DNA of 64,000 bases from positions 113,462,001 to 113,526,000 of the forward strand of contig NC_087437.1 of NCBI RefSeq assembly GCF_036321535.1, read 5' to 3'. Below the pieces are notes generated by a model. The model did no database searches. It saw only the letters and a program-made list of their open reading frames with translations, and was not told the DNA's origin. Shown here one piece after another: positions 11,691 through 25,879 of this stretch (position 1 is its first letter; every line of letters begins with the position of its first letter). The translations under genes were made by a program, and so were the position numbers. The stretch comes from Camelus dromedarius. Lineage: Eukaryota.

Positions 11691-14600
11691 TTTTGCATAC
11701 TCATTTCCCCAGAACAAAAAGTGAACTTCCTTAAAAAAAATTGGAACCATGCTATTAGCTCTTTACAAAAGTGAATAAAAAGTAGCTCATTTTTAAGTCT
11801 AAAATAAACAGAGTAGAAAGAAGCATTTTTTGTCTATGGTATTTAGCAAACATAAGAAAAAGTCCTTAGAAACACACAAAAAAATTGAAAAAAATTATTA
11901 CAGGTATTAACAATATTTTATAATGAAGCTTAAAATCTATTTACATACATAAATACAATTAACTTTGTTGATGCAACTCTTCTGGAAGAAAAAAAAAATG
12001 CCAAATGATCAGCCTCATCAATACTGATCTGGCTAAAAGGGAGGGGAAAACTCCAAACAAACAAACAGACAAACAGAAAACCCCAAAAAACTGTATACTG
12101 CAAGTAAACAAAAAGGCATTTTGTTCAGATGTAAAAAATGTTTTCTGAGATTATTGTTAAACCAATAAAAGACCCCAAACATGTCATCCCCCTCAGAAAA
12201 CAAAAACCTCCAAAAATAAAACTCACCAGGACGGAATGTCCCAAGGAAACAGGTATTTCAAGACAGAAATCTGCAATCCTAAATTGCAGGACATTTGAGC
12301 AAAACCATTCATTTCCTTTCTAATCAGAGCATTTCTGTTTATCTGCCTAGAAATCCTAGGTAGCAGAAGGGCTGTCTGTTAACTCACTGATTATAATTTG
12401 CCCAGGAAGACTTCTATTGCTGCACTTGGAAAGCAAGCAGATCCAAAATGGCTGGCAAAGTTCTGCAGGAAGAAACCCATACGCGGGAGAAAGGCTGACT
12501 CACTAAGTTCCTTTATGTAAAGGGAGGAACAGTGCAGCTCCTCCTGTTCCTTGCCTGGTGTTGGGGTGGGGGTGGGGTGTGCTGTCTCCTTACACAAAGC
12601 TGGAGAATGGAGGAGGGGAGAGGTGAGCTTTGGAGGAGGAAGGGGAAGAGAGAAAGAGGGAGATATTAGGGATCAGAGAGGAAGAGAAATTAAGTATTTT
12701 TAGAGAAAATAACTGAAATCTGTATCTATGTTGAAATTATAAATAAGGGCATGAACAAGCAGTAGAGATGGCTTATTTAATCTTTCTTCTTCTGGACCAA
12801 TGTTCCCAGATACATCCAGTTATTCCATTATTGGCTTAAGGATGTACTTGATAAAAGGACCACTTAATTTACCTGAAGGCAATAGAATGGAATTCCTCAG
12901 GAAAAAAACGCATTAAGTATGAGACCTATCTCCAAAACTACCAGGGTTTGACTTTTTTTTTTTTTTTTTTTGGAAAGATTAAATACTGTATATGCTGGTA
13001 AGGGTCTGCGAAACTCTGGATGGCCAAACCCATAGGGTCTGCAACAAAATGACAAGCCCTCCTCAGACACGCTTTGAGAGTGAAGATTCAGTGTGAGAGA
13101 TGATCTGATTTCCCTTGGGCATTTGGCTGAGTTTGACTTCGGATAGCCTCAGGTACCAGAATTGAACTGAAAAATACATATTTTTTTCCCCTTCATTTTT
13201 TTTTTAACCAACATTTTGTCATGTTAGATAAGACAACATGCTGAAAAGAACATTTAAGTTCAATTTGGGGTAAATGGGCTAATGGTCCTATTCAGATGTA
13301 AAAAAATTTTAAATTTAGTGCCATTTAAGGGTAATTTTGCTGTAAAAAGGTAATATAGAATAAAATATGAAATTGAATTGTGGAGAGAGAATTATGTCTG
13401 AAATGAAAATAAATATATTCTGAGTTTCTCCAAGATCTGCTTTAGCTCTTTTCTAGGTAAGAACAACCTGACTGCCAACACAAATTGCTTTACTCTAACT
13501 CTTACCAAAGTGCTACTGCATCTGTGTAAAACAAATAATCAATATATATATATATATAAGAAAACTCAAAAACAAGTTGTTTTAAATAAGACCAGCTGTT
13601 TTGCTGCCTGCAGCCAAAGATCTTTCTAATTTGAATCCTTAAATTTATAAAATAAAAATCAAACACTGTTCTGAAGTCCTGCTTTCAAATACTCTTTAGA
13701 GTTGACCTGAAATCGTTTCAACTAATTTAAGAGGTACATTAAATAACAACCAGATCATTTTGAGCACACATGTCACAATCAGCAGTTAGTATTTATGAGC
13801 TATACAACAACTGCATTCAGACCAAATCCTCCAATAAAAATAGTGCCATAAAATTTACAGTGACATTGGATATGTTTGAATTGTAGCCATAGGCAGCACT
13901 GACTCGAACCCTTCCCGTCACGCAGAGGCACGGGTAAAAGTGCACACACCCTGTAGGGTAGGGTCTCAGCCTGGTGAGAGTCATGCAAAGTTAGGCGGTG
14001 AACGAGCAGCGTGGGATGGGGCCTGCACAGGTGGGACGATGCTCTCCCGTGTGACTCCACTGAGGCACACAGAGGGGATTTGGCTTGTTCAGGCCTGCTT
14101 CTGGGCCCACCCTATGAAAACTGAGTTGGAGACCTTCAGCTGTCAAAGGCATGCAGTCTAGTCATTTCCACTCCCAGCCTTGGGGGGCAGTCACAAGTTT
14201 TGTTTTGCATCAATGCACAGGTAATGCATCAAAGAGGAATATTTTCTTGGAAATAAAACGTCTGAACTCTGGATTCAGACGATCTCCTTCCCACCCTAGA
14301 ACTGAGCAGTTAAGGAACCCCTAAATTCATTCATTCGGTTCCCATGTGGATACCGCTCCTCCACATAGCTAACTTTGGATTCCATCTGTTACAAAGCATG
14401 TCTGACATTATCAACAGGCCATGGAGTGAGCAAACCCCTAGGCAAAAAATAAATCCTCTCCAGAGGTGCAATCATTGGCATTTGCCCGAAACCTCTGGAA
14501 CCAGATCTGACTTCCTTTGAAGGCAGGGAGTCAGATATGAGCCCCTTTGTTGAGCTTGGCAGAAAATTCCATACTTCAGATCTTTGGAGTGACCCTCAGT

Positions 14601-15253
14601 ATCTAAAAAGCCTACTGAAACATTGCTGCATTAGCTACCAACTCGTTTGATTAATATTAAAGGGAGTTTAATGTAAACAATATTTAGATAACCGAGTGAT
14701 CACATTACCCATCCTTTTTTTCCCAACCTTCTTCAATGTGATACAATGAACTTTGGCTACTATCAAAAACAAAACAAAAAATGTAGTACTTGATATTTTT
14801 CTTCTTAATATAAGTACATTTAAATAATAAAAAAAGTATCAACACATAAGTAAGTGTCTAAACACCAAGATACATAAATATCTAGGGACTCCTTGTGGGA
14901 ATACAGTAGTTGAAAATGACCCAAAGCTGTAGCTGTTTCTCAAACAAAACAAAACAAAAGTCCAAAAGAAAAGTTAAATAAAACTTAGAGAAAAAGGAAT
15001 CATATTTCTTTCATTTGTCAAAGCAAGAAAGAAGCAAGCTTAAATTTATATATATAAAAAATAAAAACCACCCCAAATGCAAATACGCATTTTGCAATTT
15101 ATAAGGTGCTGGAAAATAAAATTAAAAATATGAATTAGATGCTAAACAGGATGAGTTGCATTCCTCCCCTCAAAAAAAACCCCACAAAAATTCCATACTC
15201 TTTGGAATAAACAACTTGGTTAAAAAGTGAAGTCAAGGGTATAAAATCTTTCT

Positions 15254-15259
15254 TTTATT
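15254..15259 (-). terminator. Proximal polyadenylation signal AATAAA of RUNX1
   Basis: TTTATT on + strand ~365 nt after the stop codon, with U-rich sequence downstream on the - strand. Confidence 0.55.
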
Positions 15260-15329
15260 CACAGCATTGCTAAATCAGAAGCATTCACAGTTTCCCTCTG
15301 GGAATCTTCCTGTTTGCCTTACAGCGTGT

Positions 15330-16640
<1,311 letters not shown>

Positions 16641-16850
16641 TATATAATCAATATACTAATATATATATTAATATAAATCTGATCAACGATGTAATATAAT
16701 AATATATAACATAAAATAATATAACCTTAGAAGAATTATTAATATAATGGATGCATCAATAGATTAATGTTAATAGGATATTTATAGATAATATTGTCAT
16801 AACAATATTAATATATAGTAACATTATAATACATTTTATATAATATTTAG
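16641..16850. repeat. AT-rich low-complexity tract
   Basis: Almost exclusively A/T (taatat/atat motifs) over ~200 bp. Confidence 0.7.
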
Positions 16851-17319
16851 GTTGAGTCATACATAGGAAATTGCCGGTTCTATAGGCCTGACAGTTAAAA
16901 ATTGGCAGTTTCCTGTGACTGAACCTAACGCATGCCATAGTAGTGATTGTAAGTGGGTGTCATTGAACACCACATCACTTTTTCTCCCCCACATCTACCT
17001 TCAGACTAGTTCCACATTTTTAGAAACAGTACAGCTTCAATTCATGTGATATTCTCTAGTACGTGTGGCCCTGGCTTGTTAACAGGAACGGCTGCAGGAC
17101 TGTGATTTATGTGCTCCATTTCTGCACATGTTGAAGTTTTACCAGGTATGGCAAAGGTTGTCTGTAAAACTCATTTTGTTAGGATTATGCATGTACATTT
17201 CACAGCCTGGCTTTGGCTGTCCTTCATTGCATCTTTCTGCATTTTTCTTAACCACAGGCTGTCCTTGGGTACTATTAGGGGTTGTGGGTGCCAGGAAGGG
17301 TTTCCTGTGTCTTGTAGAT

Positions 17320-17552
17320 CAGAGTTTCCCAACAGTGGCACTGTTGACATTTGGGGCCAGGTTTGTTGGGGCGGTGGGGGGCTGTCCTGTGCACTGTAGG
17401 ATGTTTGGCAGCATCCTTTGTCTCTGCCCATCAGATGTCAGTAGTGCCCCCACTGCCCCCATTGTGACCATCAGCAATGTCTCCAGACCTTCCAAATGTC
17501 CTGGGAGTAGGGGTGAGGGGGCCAAAGCGCCCCCTGCTGAGAGCCACCCCTG
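17320..17552. mobile_element. MER20-like DNA transposon fossil
   Basis: 'ggcactgttgacatttggggccag...gggctgtcctgtgcactgtaggatgtttggcagcatc...aatgtctccagac'. Confidence 0.75.
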
Positions 17553-20384
17553 TGGATGTAGGATGGTATCCGGGGTAGTTTCTGTTCCTCAGAATTATTA
17601 AGTGAGCGGGCCAGGACTGTAGGCTGCCAGGACTGTCAGCAAACCCAGAAGACAGCAGCAAAACAGAGCAGAGGCAAGAATTAAATGTTTTAAAATTTAT
17701 AAGCTCTCAAATCAACATGCAAAGTAACTCCAAGCTCAGGATGGCATGTGTCCTGTGTCCTGTTGTATTTAGGCCCAGAGAGAAACTTGACGGAGCCGAA
17801 TGCTTCCTCTGAAAGGAAAGCTACCGGGGTGGATTAATCTGTTTTTGGAAGGCATCAGCTGTTGATCAACTTCCTCATATTTCAAGCCTATTATTCCAGC
17901 AGGGAGAGCTGGTGTTCTTGTTCTTTCCCTATCCCCCCTCTCTTCTCTCCCTCTCCTTCCCCAGCCCTCCCTCCCTCCAAGTGAACTCCTCTGTCAGTTT
18001 GGGGTGCATGGGATGGGGGGTTATATACTCCTCATCAGAGAGGTAATTAAAGTTTATAGAAACAACCGAAGTCTGCAACAAATCTCTCCACTAACGAGGA
18101 AACCAGGAGTCTGACTTTGAAACAGACACTCCTGTTAATCTTTTCAAAACAAGTCAGACATGTGGGCAGGGAAAAGCTGTGAGCTGACAGTGGTTCTGGG
18201 GCTGCCCTTCCACGGCCACTCTCCAGCTCATCCTGCAGCCGGGCCGCACCTCATTCCACAGGGTTTGTCTCTGCCCTCTGGGGCCATCTGTGAGCAAGCC
18301 CTGTGTCACTTGTTTTTGCTCCCACAGAGGGCTGTGACATGCCTGAGGCTTCACAGGAAGCTTTACTCTATTTTCCCAGTTAGGTGTCTGTAGTCCAGGG
18401 AGAAGCCGAGGCAGGAGGAAAAGCGTTAGGCAGATACAGTCACTTTGTTGTCCTCTGACGTGATACTCCGGTCACAAATAAGTGACTCCACCCAGTATTC
18501 TCTTGCTTCATTTTCCCTAAGACAGAAAGGTGAATGCACTGGAAAATGAACGAAAGGTCATGTCATTTCATGACGGTGTCTGGACACGCTCTGCCCGTCT
18601 GTTCCAACTACAGCGTGGTAGCCTGGTGATGGCAGCCAGTTACTGGAATCCCGAGTGAGCCTGCCTGTCATGGACGTAAGTAATGGAATGAAGTTACGGT
18701 CTCAGCTGGCAGGGGAAATAGTTCTTTGACTTGTGGGCAGAATATCTGCGCGATCGTGGATGCTCCCTGTACTGCTGCTTCTGTCTGCATGGTACCAGTG
18801 TCACACCACAGGAGACCAGCCATCTGGTCAAATTATGCTTTCTACACATGTTCTGATAATGAAATAACTTCGCCCCACTAGATAGGCTCAGATTCAAATG
18901 ACCTAGTCAAATACTTGTTTTCATTTTTACGTCCAGTCTGACACCCCTCCCAGGCCCCACCGGTTGTGCACAGTTCAGCCACCGGCCGGAGCTGCTTGGT
19001 CCTTCAGCTGGCCTGGTGCCCCCTTATCCAATAGCAGTGAAGGCAGAGGTGGGGACCCCTGATAGTCACAGGGAGCTTTTAAAGAGTAGGAAGTCTGGGG
19101 ATTAGGTGGTTCAGGTATTTTAGTTGGAAATGGTGCCCCACCGATGGGGCTAAATATTTGCCGTGACAGCTCAGGTCTCCATTCTGCAGCCTGACAGGGA
19201 TGAAAGCAGCCCCACTCCGGGCCCCTCCCGCTGCCCCCAAAGGATTAAACAGCCTGAGCAGATAATGGCTGCCTTAAAAGGATCTTTTGCATGACTCAGA
19301 TTAATGCATGCTGTCTGTTGCCCAGGTTGGCAGCTAAACATTATTTAAAAAAAAAAAAGAGGGGGAAGAAAGAAAGAAAAGAAAACCTTCAGATGACAGC
19401 TCTTTTCAGACAAGGTGTGGAATCTGTCTGCAAAGGAAAGGGAGAGAGACTGAGGACAGGTCCCTCCTGCAGAAGGAAGCCCAGCTGGGGAGAGGGCGGG
19501 GAGGGGGCAGCACACGGGCTTGGGGGCGGGACTGAAGGAGAAGCAGGCTCAGAGCTCTGGCGGGCTCTCAGAGCTGGCGGCTGGTGTCACCACCACTTTT
19601 CTTTTAAGTATCCCAACCCCCTCCTGCCCCCAGGCGGCTGACAACACGTTTCAGGCCTGGCTCCAGGCTTGATTTCTCAGGGAGCTCTGCCCAGGTGAAG
19701 AGCAGTCTCCCGTGCTGTTCTCTGCCACTGGTGAGAGCTGCTCTGGAATTTCCCCGGGTCCTCCTCCAAGACAGCGCAGGTCGTGCCTGGGTGCTGAAAT
19801 GGGATGTGGTTTTTATCTCCTTCGCACACTGCTGCTGTAAAACACCCTTCCCTCACTCCTGGGCTAACTGATGTCCGGGTTGTTCAGAAGCATAACCGTG
19901 AGACAGGACTTGGGAGTGCACTCGTTCCTCATTCTTTTTAAAAAAGAAGTCACCCTTCCATCTGATTGGTCAGTTGGAGCAGCTGGCCCCTAGGGTGTTT
20001 GGACAATAAGGAGCCAATGATCTTGAGTGCTGACAAAGTCAAAAGACTTACGTCATAAATTCTAAGGGACAGACCCACAGCAGGGACATTTCCAAGGAAA
20101 ACAGTAATTGCTTCAGGTGCAGACCATCGCCAGTGGGCAGAGCAGTGCCACCAAGAAGAAGAATCAGTAGATGCTGACAAGTGCCTCTGGAATCAGACCA
20201 GTCCTGAGGGAACAGAGCTTCTAAGACCACAAGCTGAACTGACTTCGTAATTCCTATGCAAGTCCCTTAACTCCGCAGCCCAGGACGTGCTGTGAAATTC
20301 TTGGCATTAATGGCTGAAAATAATGTGGAAATGGGGCAACTAAGTTGGCTTTCCTATTTGAGTACAAGGCCCAAGAGTACTTGA

Positions 20385-20590
20385 AGGCAGTTCCCACCTG
20401 GGGGGCAGTGATGGCCCTTAGGACGTTTGGCAATGTCTGATGGTGTTTGGTTGTCATGGCCAGGTTGGGGGATGCTACTGGCATCTAGAGGCCAGAGACG
20501 CTGATGAAGACCCTCCAGTACACAGGACTGTCTCCCACAACAAAGAATTATCTGGCCCCAAATGTCAGTGGTCCTGTTGTTGAGAAGCTG
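20385..20590. mobile_element. MER20-like DNA transposon fossil
   Basis: 'gacgtttggcaatgtctga...ctactggcatctag...cacaacaaagaattatctggccccaaatgtc...ttgagaa'. Confidence 0.7.
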
Positions 20591-21387
20591 AGAGGTATTC
20601 TGTGAAGAAGCTAAAGCATGTGGTGAAATCTCAGGTAATCACAGTCGTCCGCAAAAACACATCACACAGCACTGAAAATGGCAGACACGACAACTTTGCC
20701 CCTTTGCCTGCCCCTGATCTGCTCTGCTATAATCTGATCCCGAGAGCTGAAAAGCAAAAACAGCTGCCCTACCCCCAACACACAAGAAGTGTGTTCACAG
20801 CCTTCCTAATGCTGAAGTTCTCTGAAGTATTTTCACAGTTTGGTCCAGCTCCAATTTCAAAGCCCCAAACAAGGAGTTGCTTCTTTTGCTTTCAACAAAG
20901 GAATTTTTCTCTGTAACTCCGATTTCCCTACCCATGAGCAAAGGTAGGTGCCAAGCCCAGAGGTCTCATAGGTTAAATGACTAATATTTAATGAGCTCAT
21001 ATTAACAGCAGTTATGCCAACCACGACACCTGAGCTTTCCACACTGTTCCTCTGACCTGGGAGAAGCAGCTTGTGGTTGGAATTGTCCCACTGGGGTAGA
21101 TGTGCTTTGCGTTCCACGTGTACCCCAGTGCACAGTTCGCATGACCCATGAAAGCTCACCAGCCCAGGATGGACCTGCCCCCTCTGAGAACTAGAGGCTG
21201 ACTGCTTTGGTCTTTATGTTGTTGACCCTTCGGCTGCCACTCTTGCCTGCCAAATATGAGTGTCCCCAAAATGCCCAAGGAATCCACTTTTCCTGAGCCA
21301 CTTCTACCTCCACTTCCATAATCTCTGCCTCTGAGTATCACGGAAAATCAGCACATGGGACTTAAGAGACAGACAACCTCATCTTTA

Positions 21388-21669
<282 letters not shown>

Positions 21670-24600
21670 TCAGGGAGGTCAGTTGTACATAGAATGGGAC
21701 AGGATTTTTAAAAATAAAGTCCTTTAATAAAAAAACTAGTTACCTTCATTCTGTTTGCCAGTGTATAGTAAGTCTACTTAAGTCGAAGGGTTAGCTTTTG
21801 TTTGATGATTTCCCCCCAAAACGATGCTGAAATACAGTTTATGTTTGATTCGTGTTCATGTTCCTCTGGTAACTGTTCCTTCCAGAGCTTTTATTTGCTC
21901 ACGCTCATAACGATGAGAGGAGCTGACTGCTTTCCAGGTGGACGTGCTAATGTTCAGACTGTTGACCACAGCCTGTACTGACTGCCCAGTTTCAGCTTTA
22001 CCAGCGATTACAGTTACTGTTATCAGGTGATCGCCTATCTCTGTGCATGGTAAGCGAAAAAGAACGCAGGGGTTTTGGTATTTTTTTTGTACCTTTGGCA
22101 AAAATATTCCACGGCTTTTAAATGTTTTCTGTTCAGGTGAACTCTCTCTCAAGGATAACTGAAAAGGTCTGGCTGGGAAACTGGCCATGAGGCCCGATGA
22201 CTAGTTCATAAACCCGACAGTGCAGGGTTGGCTCTGTCAGCCCAGACTAACAGAAGTGTCTTGCATTTTTTTCAAGACCTCAAGTCTGCAACTTTTAAAG
22301 GGCAGAATGTTAGGCACGTATTTTATAGATTGCCGTTAAAAGAGGCCTGGGATAGAGAAGAGACAAAAATCTGACTTTAGAAGATTTAGGTAAAAAGGAT
22401 TTTGTAAATTTGACTCCAGTATTCATGAGAATCTTAATTTTCAAAAGCATCATACTGTTTGCAGATGAAAAGGAGGAGGAAAAAAATCCTCTCTATTCTT
22501 AGGCAAAATGTGTAAGAAAATTTAAATTGAACACTGTCCCACCACAAGATAGCTTTACATTTATTTCTATCTTAGGATTAAACATTAGTTTTCTCTTTGT
22601 GTCCCACCTTTGGGGACAAAGGTCACAGCAAACTACACTAACTCCCAAGGGTCTTCATAGCTCGGGCTTCATGATGCTCGGAGTAAATACAGAAAGAGCA
22701 AAGTTCCCTAGGGAAATGCCAGGTTGGAGTTTCGTGTGTGTCGTGACATAAAGAAATGAGTTACTCCTACTCGTTATACAGCGTCCACATCTGCTCCCTC
22801 TGAGGGCTTTTCACTTCCAGCAGTTAAATTCTGCCTCATCTTTCATCCCTTTGGCCACAGCGGATGACAGAATCAGACATTTGGAATCCAAGTCTTCCTT
22901 CCGACTCCTCTCCTGACAGCCCTCTCCCCCTTTCTCTCATACTCACCTGTTTCTTTCTTCCCTTTAAAATAACTGACTTTTGAATTTTGAAAAGCCTGGA
23001 GAATCTCTGAAATCTAATAGTAAAGAAAGGTCTTCATTTCATTCTGAATTTTAGAGAATTTGAGGGGATAGCAAGGAATAAAGAGCTGGCCATTCTAGAA
23101 AATAAGTGTTCAACTACACCCGGAGGCCCCCGCCTGATCTCACAGCTAACAGTGTCTCCAGTAACTGAGAGCAAGTCGCAATAGCAGGTTGTTCTGTATT
23201 CTCATATTTGCTACAAGTATTTCACTTCCAAATGAAAATAAAATTATATATTCAGATATTTTCTCTAAGTCATGCATGTGTCCTGGATAGGAATATTTAC
23301 TAAGTGAATCTATAGTACTCAAATATTTTAATCATTTAAAAGGCGAACAAAAGAGCTTTTATAATTGTCGTAAAGCCCTCTGGGTGTGAATTGCGGTACA
23401 GTAATTCATGCCTTGCTGTGCAGACAGCCCAGCACCCCTAACCCCACGTCTAAAACCACAGTAAGCATAAAGTATTAGGCTGTGATTCATGCTGTGTCAT
23501 GTTTTACTGGAGTGAAGAAAGTTGTGCTAGTCTTTTCTAAACTCATAATTAAACTGTGCAAACGTTGCATAATGTTTCACAGCCTTTTAAAAATATGCTT
23601 TGGTAAAAGGATCTTTATGATTAAAGTCCAGGTTCTGTGATTTTTTTTTTTAAAGCAGGGTTTTAAATTCAACATCTTCTTACTTCACACCACAACTCAG
23701 CCTTTCAGTGCTCGAGGAGGGACAGCACTAAAAACCCAGCGGCCCCGCTCTGATCAGTTTCCACCTCGGTGACCACAGTGAGGTGTGCTTGGCTTCACTG
23801 GCAGCAGTGGGCCAGAAGGTGCTGATGGCGAGCTTCTCATGTTGGGGTTTTGGGTGTTTTCTTCTAATACGTGGATTTTTCATTAACAACAAAACATAAA
23901 ACAAAAAACTAAGGGCCAGCAGTATGGTGTATGCTGAGTTTACTATTAAATTACCATGCTTGCCCTGACGGGGCCAGCATGAACACATGAAGGTGTGTGT
24001 GCCGGGGGCCGCCTGCACACTGGACCGAGAGGCCAGAGAAGTGGCCTCTGGCCTGTCTGTGTGATGACCCTGGATGACTTGCTTATACTTTCTCATTCTC
24101 GTGTCTGAAAGGAGATGATCTCTGAGCCCCTTGCAAGGGTGACAGTGCAGGGTCCTAATTCAAATATACCCCCAAAGGTATTTCTCTGCTCAACTTTGCT
24201 GTTAAACAGAGTTAGTTGGGGGAGAACGAGTGGGAGGCAGGGGCTGGAGAGTGGTGCTTGTAGTAATACATACGTGTAGTCTGGGAAGAGGAAGCAGGGC
24301 AGGGATAAGACGGGGGCTACTGAGAAAGAAAGCTGTGCTCTGAGGCAGAGAACCACTGTCAGTCATTCTTCAGAGCAGAGCTGCTTGTTCTTGAAGGGGT
24401 TGCCTCTGATAGGTCCATCCACCACAGAGAACAAGTTTACTGAAAATCACCATGTGCCAGGCATGTGCTAATTTATGAGTAAGACCAATATGGCCCCTGC
24501 CCCACTGGAACTTAGAGTCTGATGCTAACAAAGATCTCGGGACTATCTGATGATTGGAAAGGCTTTTTCCTGTCGCAGTCATCATTGTGCTGAGAGTTAC

Positions 24601-25440
24601 CTTCATTCATTCACTCTTAGGCTCAGGAAACTGTTCACTTTCTCATTCATTCATGTTGCCAGTGAACGTTTTTGCTTTTTGCTTTTGCCACTGTTTTGGA
24701 GACTCAGTAGTGAAAGGGTTATGATCCTGGCCTTTGGGGAATTACAGCTGGTGAGGGACATGTGGACTGTATCCAGGTGAATAGCTGGATTACCTGCCTA
24801 ATCCAGACTTGCAAACAGCTCTTCCCGTGTTAGAGATGAGAACCCTAGTGGTATTTATTGCATGCTGTATTCTGCCTCTGAGAGGAGCAGACTGGGGAAA
24901 GCACCTAATTTTAAATGATAGATTTTGGTTTAAATTCTGCCCTCACCATAAATAGCTATATGACGTTGAGCAAGTCAGTTATTGCCTCTGATACATAGTT
25001 TTCCTACTGCAAAGGGTAATAATGAGGGGTAAGTGAGATAAGCTATGTGTAAAGAAAATATCACAGTTTTCAGCCATATTAAATGCTCAGTAAGTATTAC
25101 TCATTTTTATTATATTACTGAAATGGAGAAGAAGTCCATGGCAAGGTACTTAATCTAGTGTTTATTGGTAAGGCCACACGCACCTGCTCCAGGATGAGAC
25201 TCAGGTAATACTGTGCTGTTCACTGAAAAAAGGCCTGACACCCAGAGTCCTCATCTCTTGGGAGGAACTGGACTCAGAAGATTAAGTGGTAAAGGGGCAG
25301 GAAAACTGGAGATTTGAGGTGCAGGTGGAGAAGGCAAGGATCCAGTCTCAACCAGTTCATGTTTCCATTTAAAAAACTCCTGGACTAGAAAATTTAAATT
25401 TGAACCTGTTTGCATCCTGTCTTTTCCAGGGTATATAACT

Positions 25441-25543
25441 TTTTTTTCTTTCTTTCTTTCTTTTTTTAATGGAAGTAATGGATTGAACCCAGACCTTGTG
25501 CATGCTAAGCATGCACTCTACCACTGAACTGTTCCCTCCCCCC
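25441..25543 (-). mobile_element. tRNA-derived SINE (camelid vic-1-like)
   Basis: 'ggattgaacccagaccttgtgcatgctaagcatgcactctaccactgaact' is the reverse complement of a tRNA-like head with A and B boxes; T-rich tail on the left. Confidence 0.75.
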
Positions 25544-25879
25544 CATACAGAATGTTTTGATGTAGCTGTTATACTAAGGCCATTTTATGATGCGTTATTT
25601 TTAGCATTTTGATCCATCAAGTAATGGATAAAACAGAGTCCCCCCCCCCATCTTGAGCCCCACTCCTTTCCATTTGAAGTGAAGTCAAAGAGGGGGGGTT
25701 AGGGGCAAGGGGGCATTGAGGCTAGTGGTGAGCTCAGAGGATTCCATGGCATTTATCACTTGATAAGCATTTATCACTTGCTTTTACCTTTTGATGCAGC
25801 AATATCAAAATGTCTCCAAAGTGAAAAAAAAAAAAAAAACCCAAAAACCTTATCAAATAATTCAAGTCAAAATGTTGTG

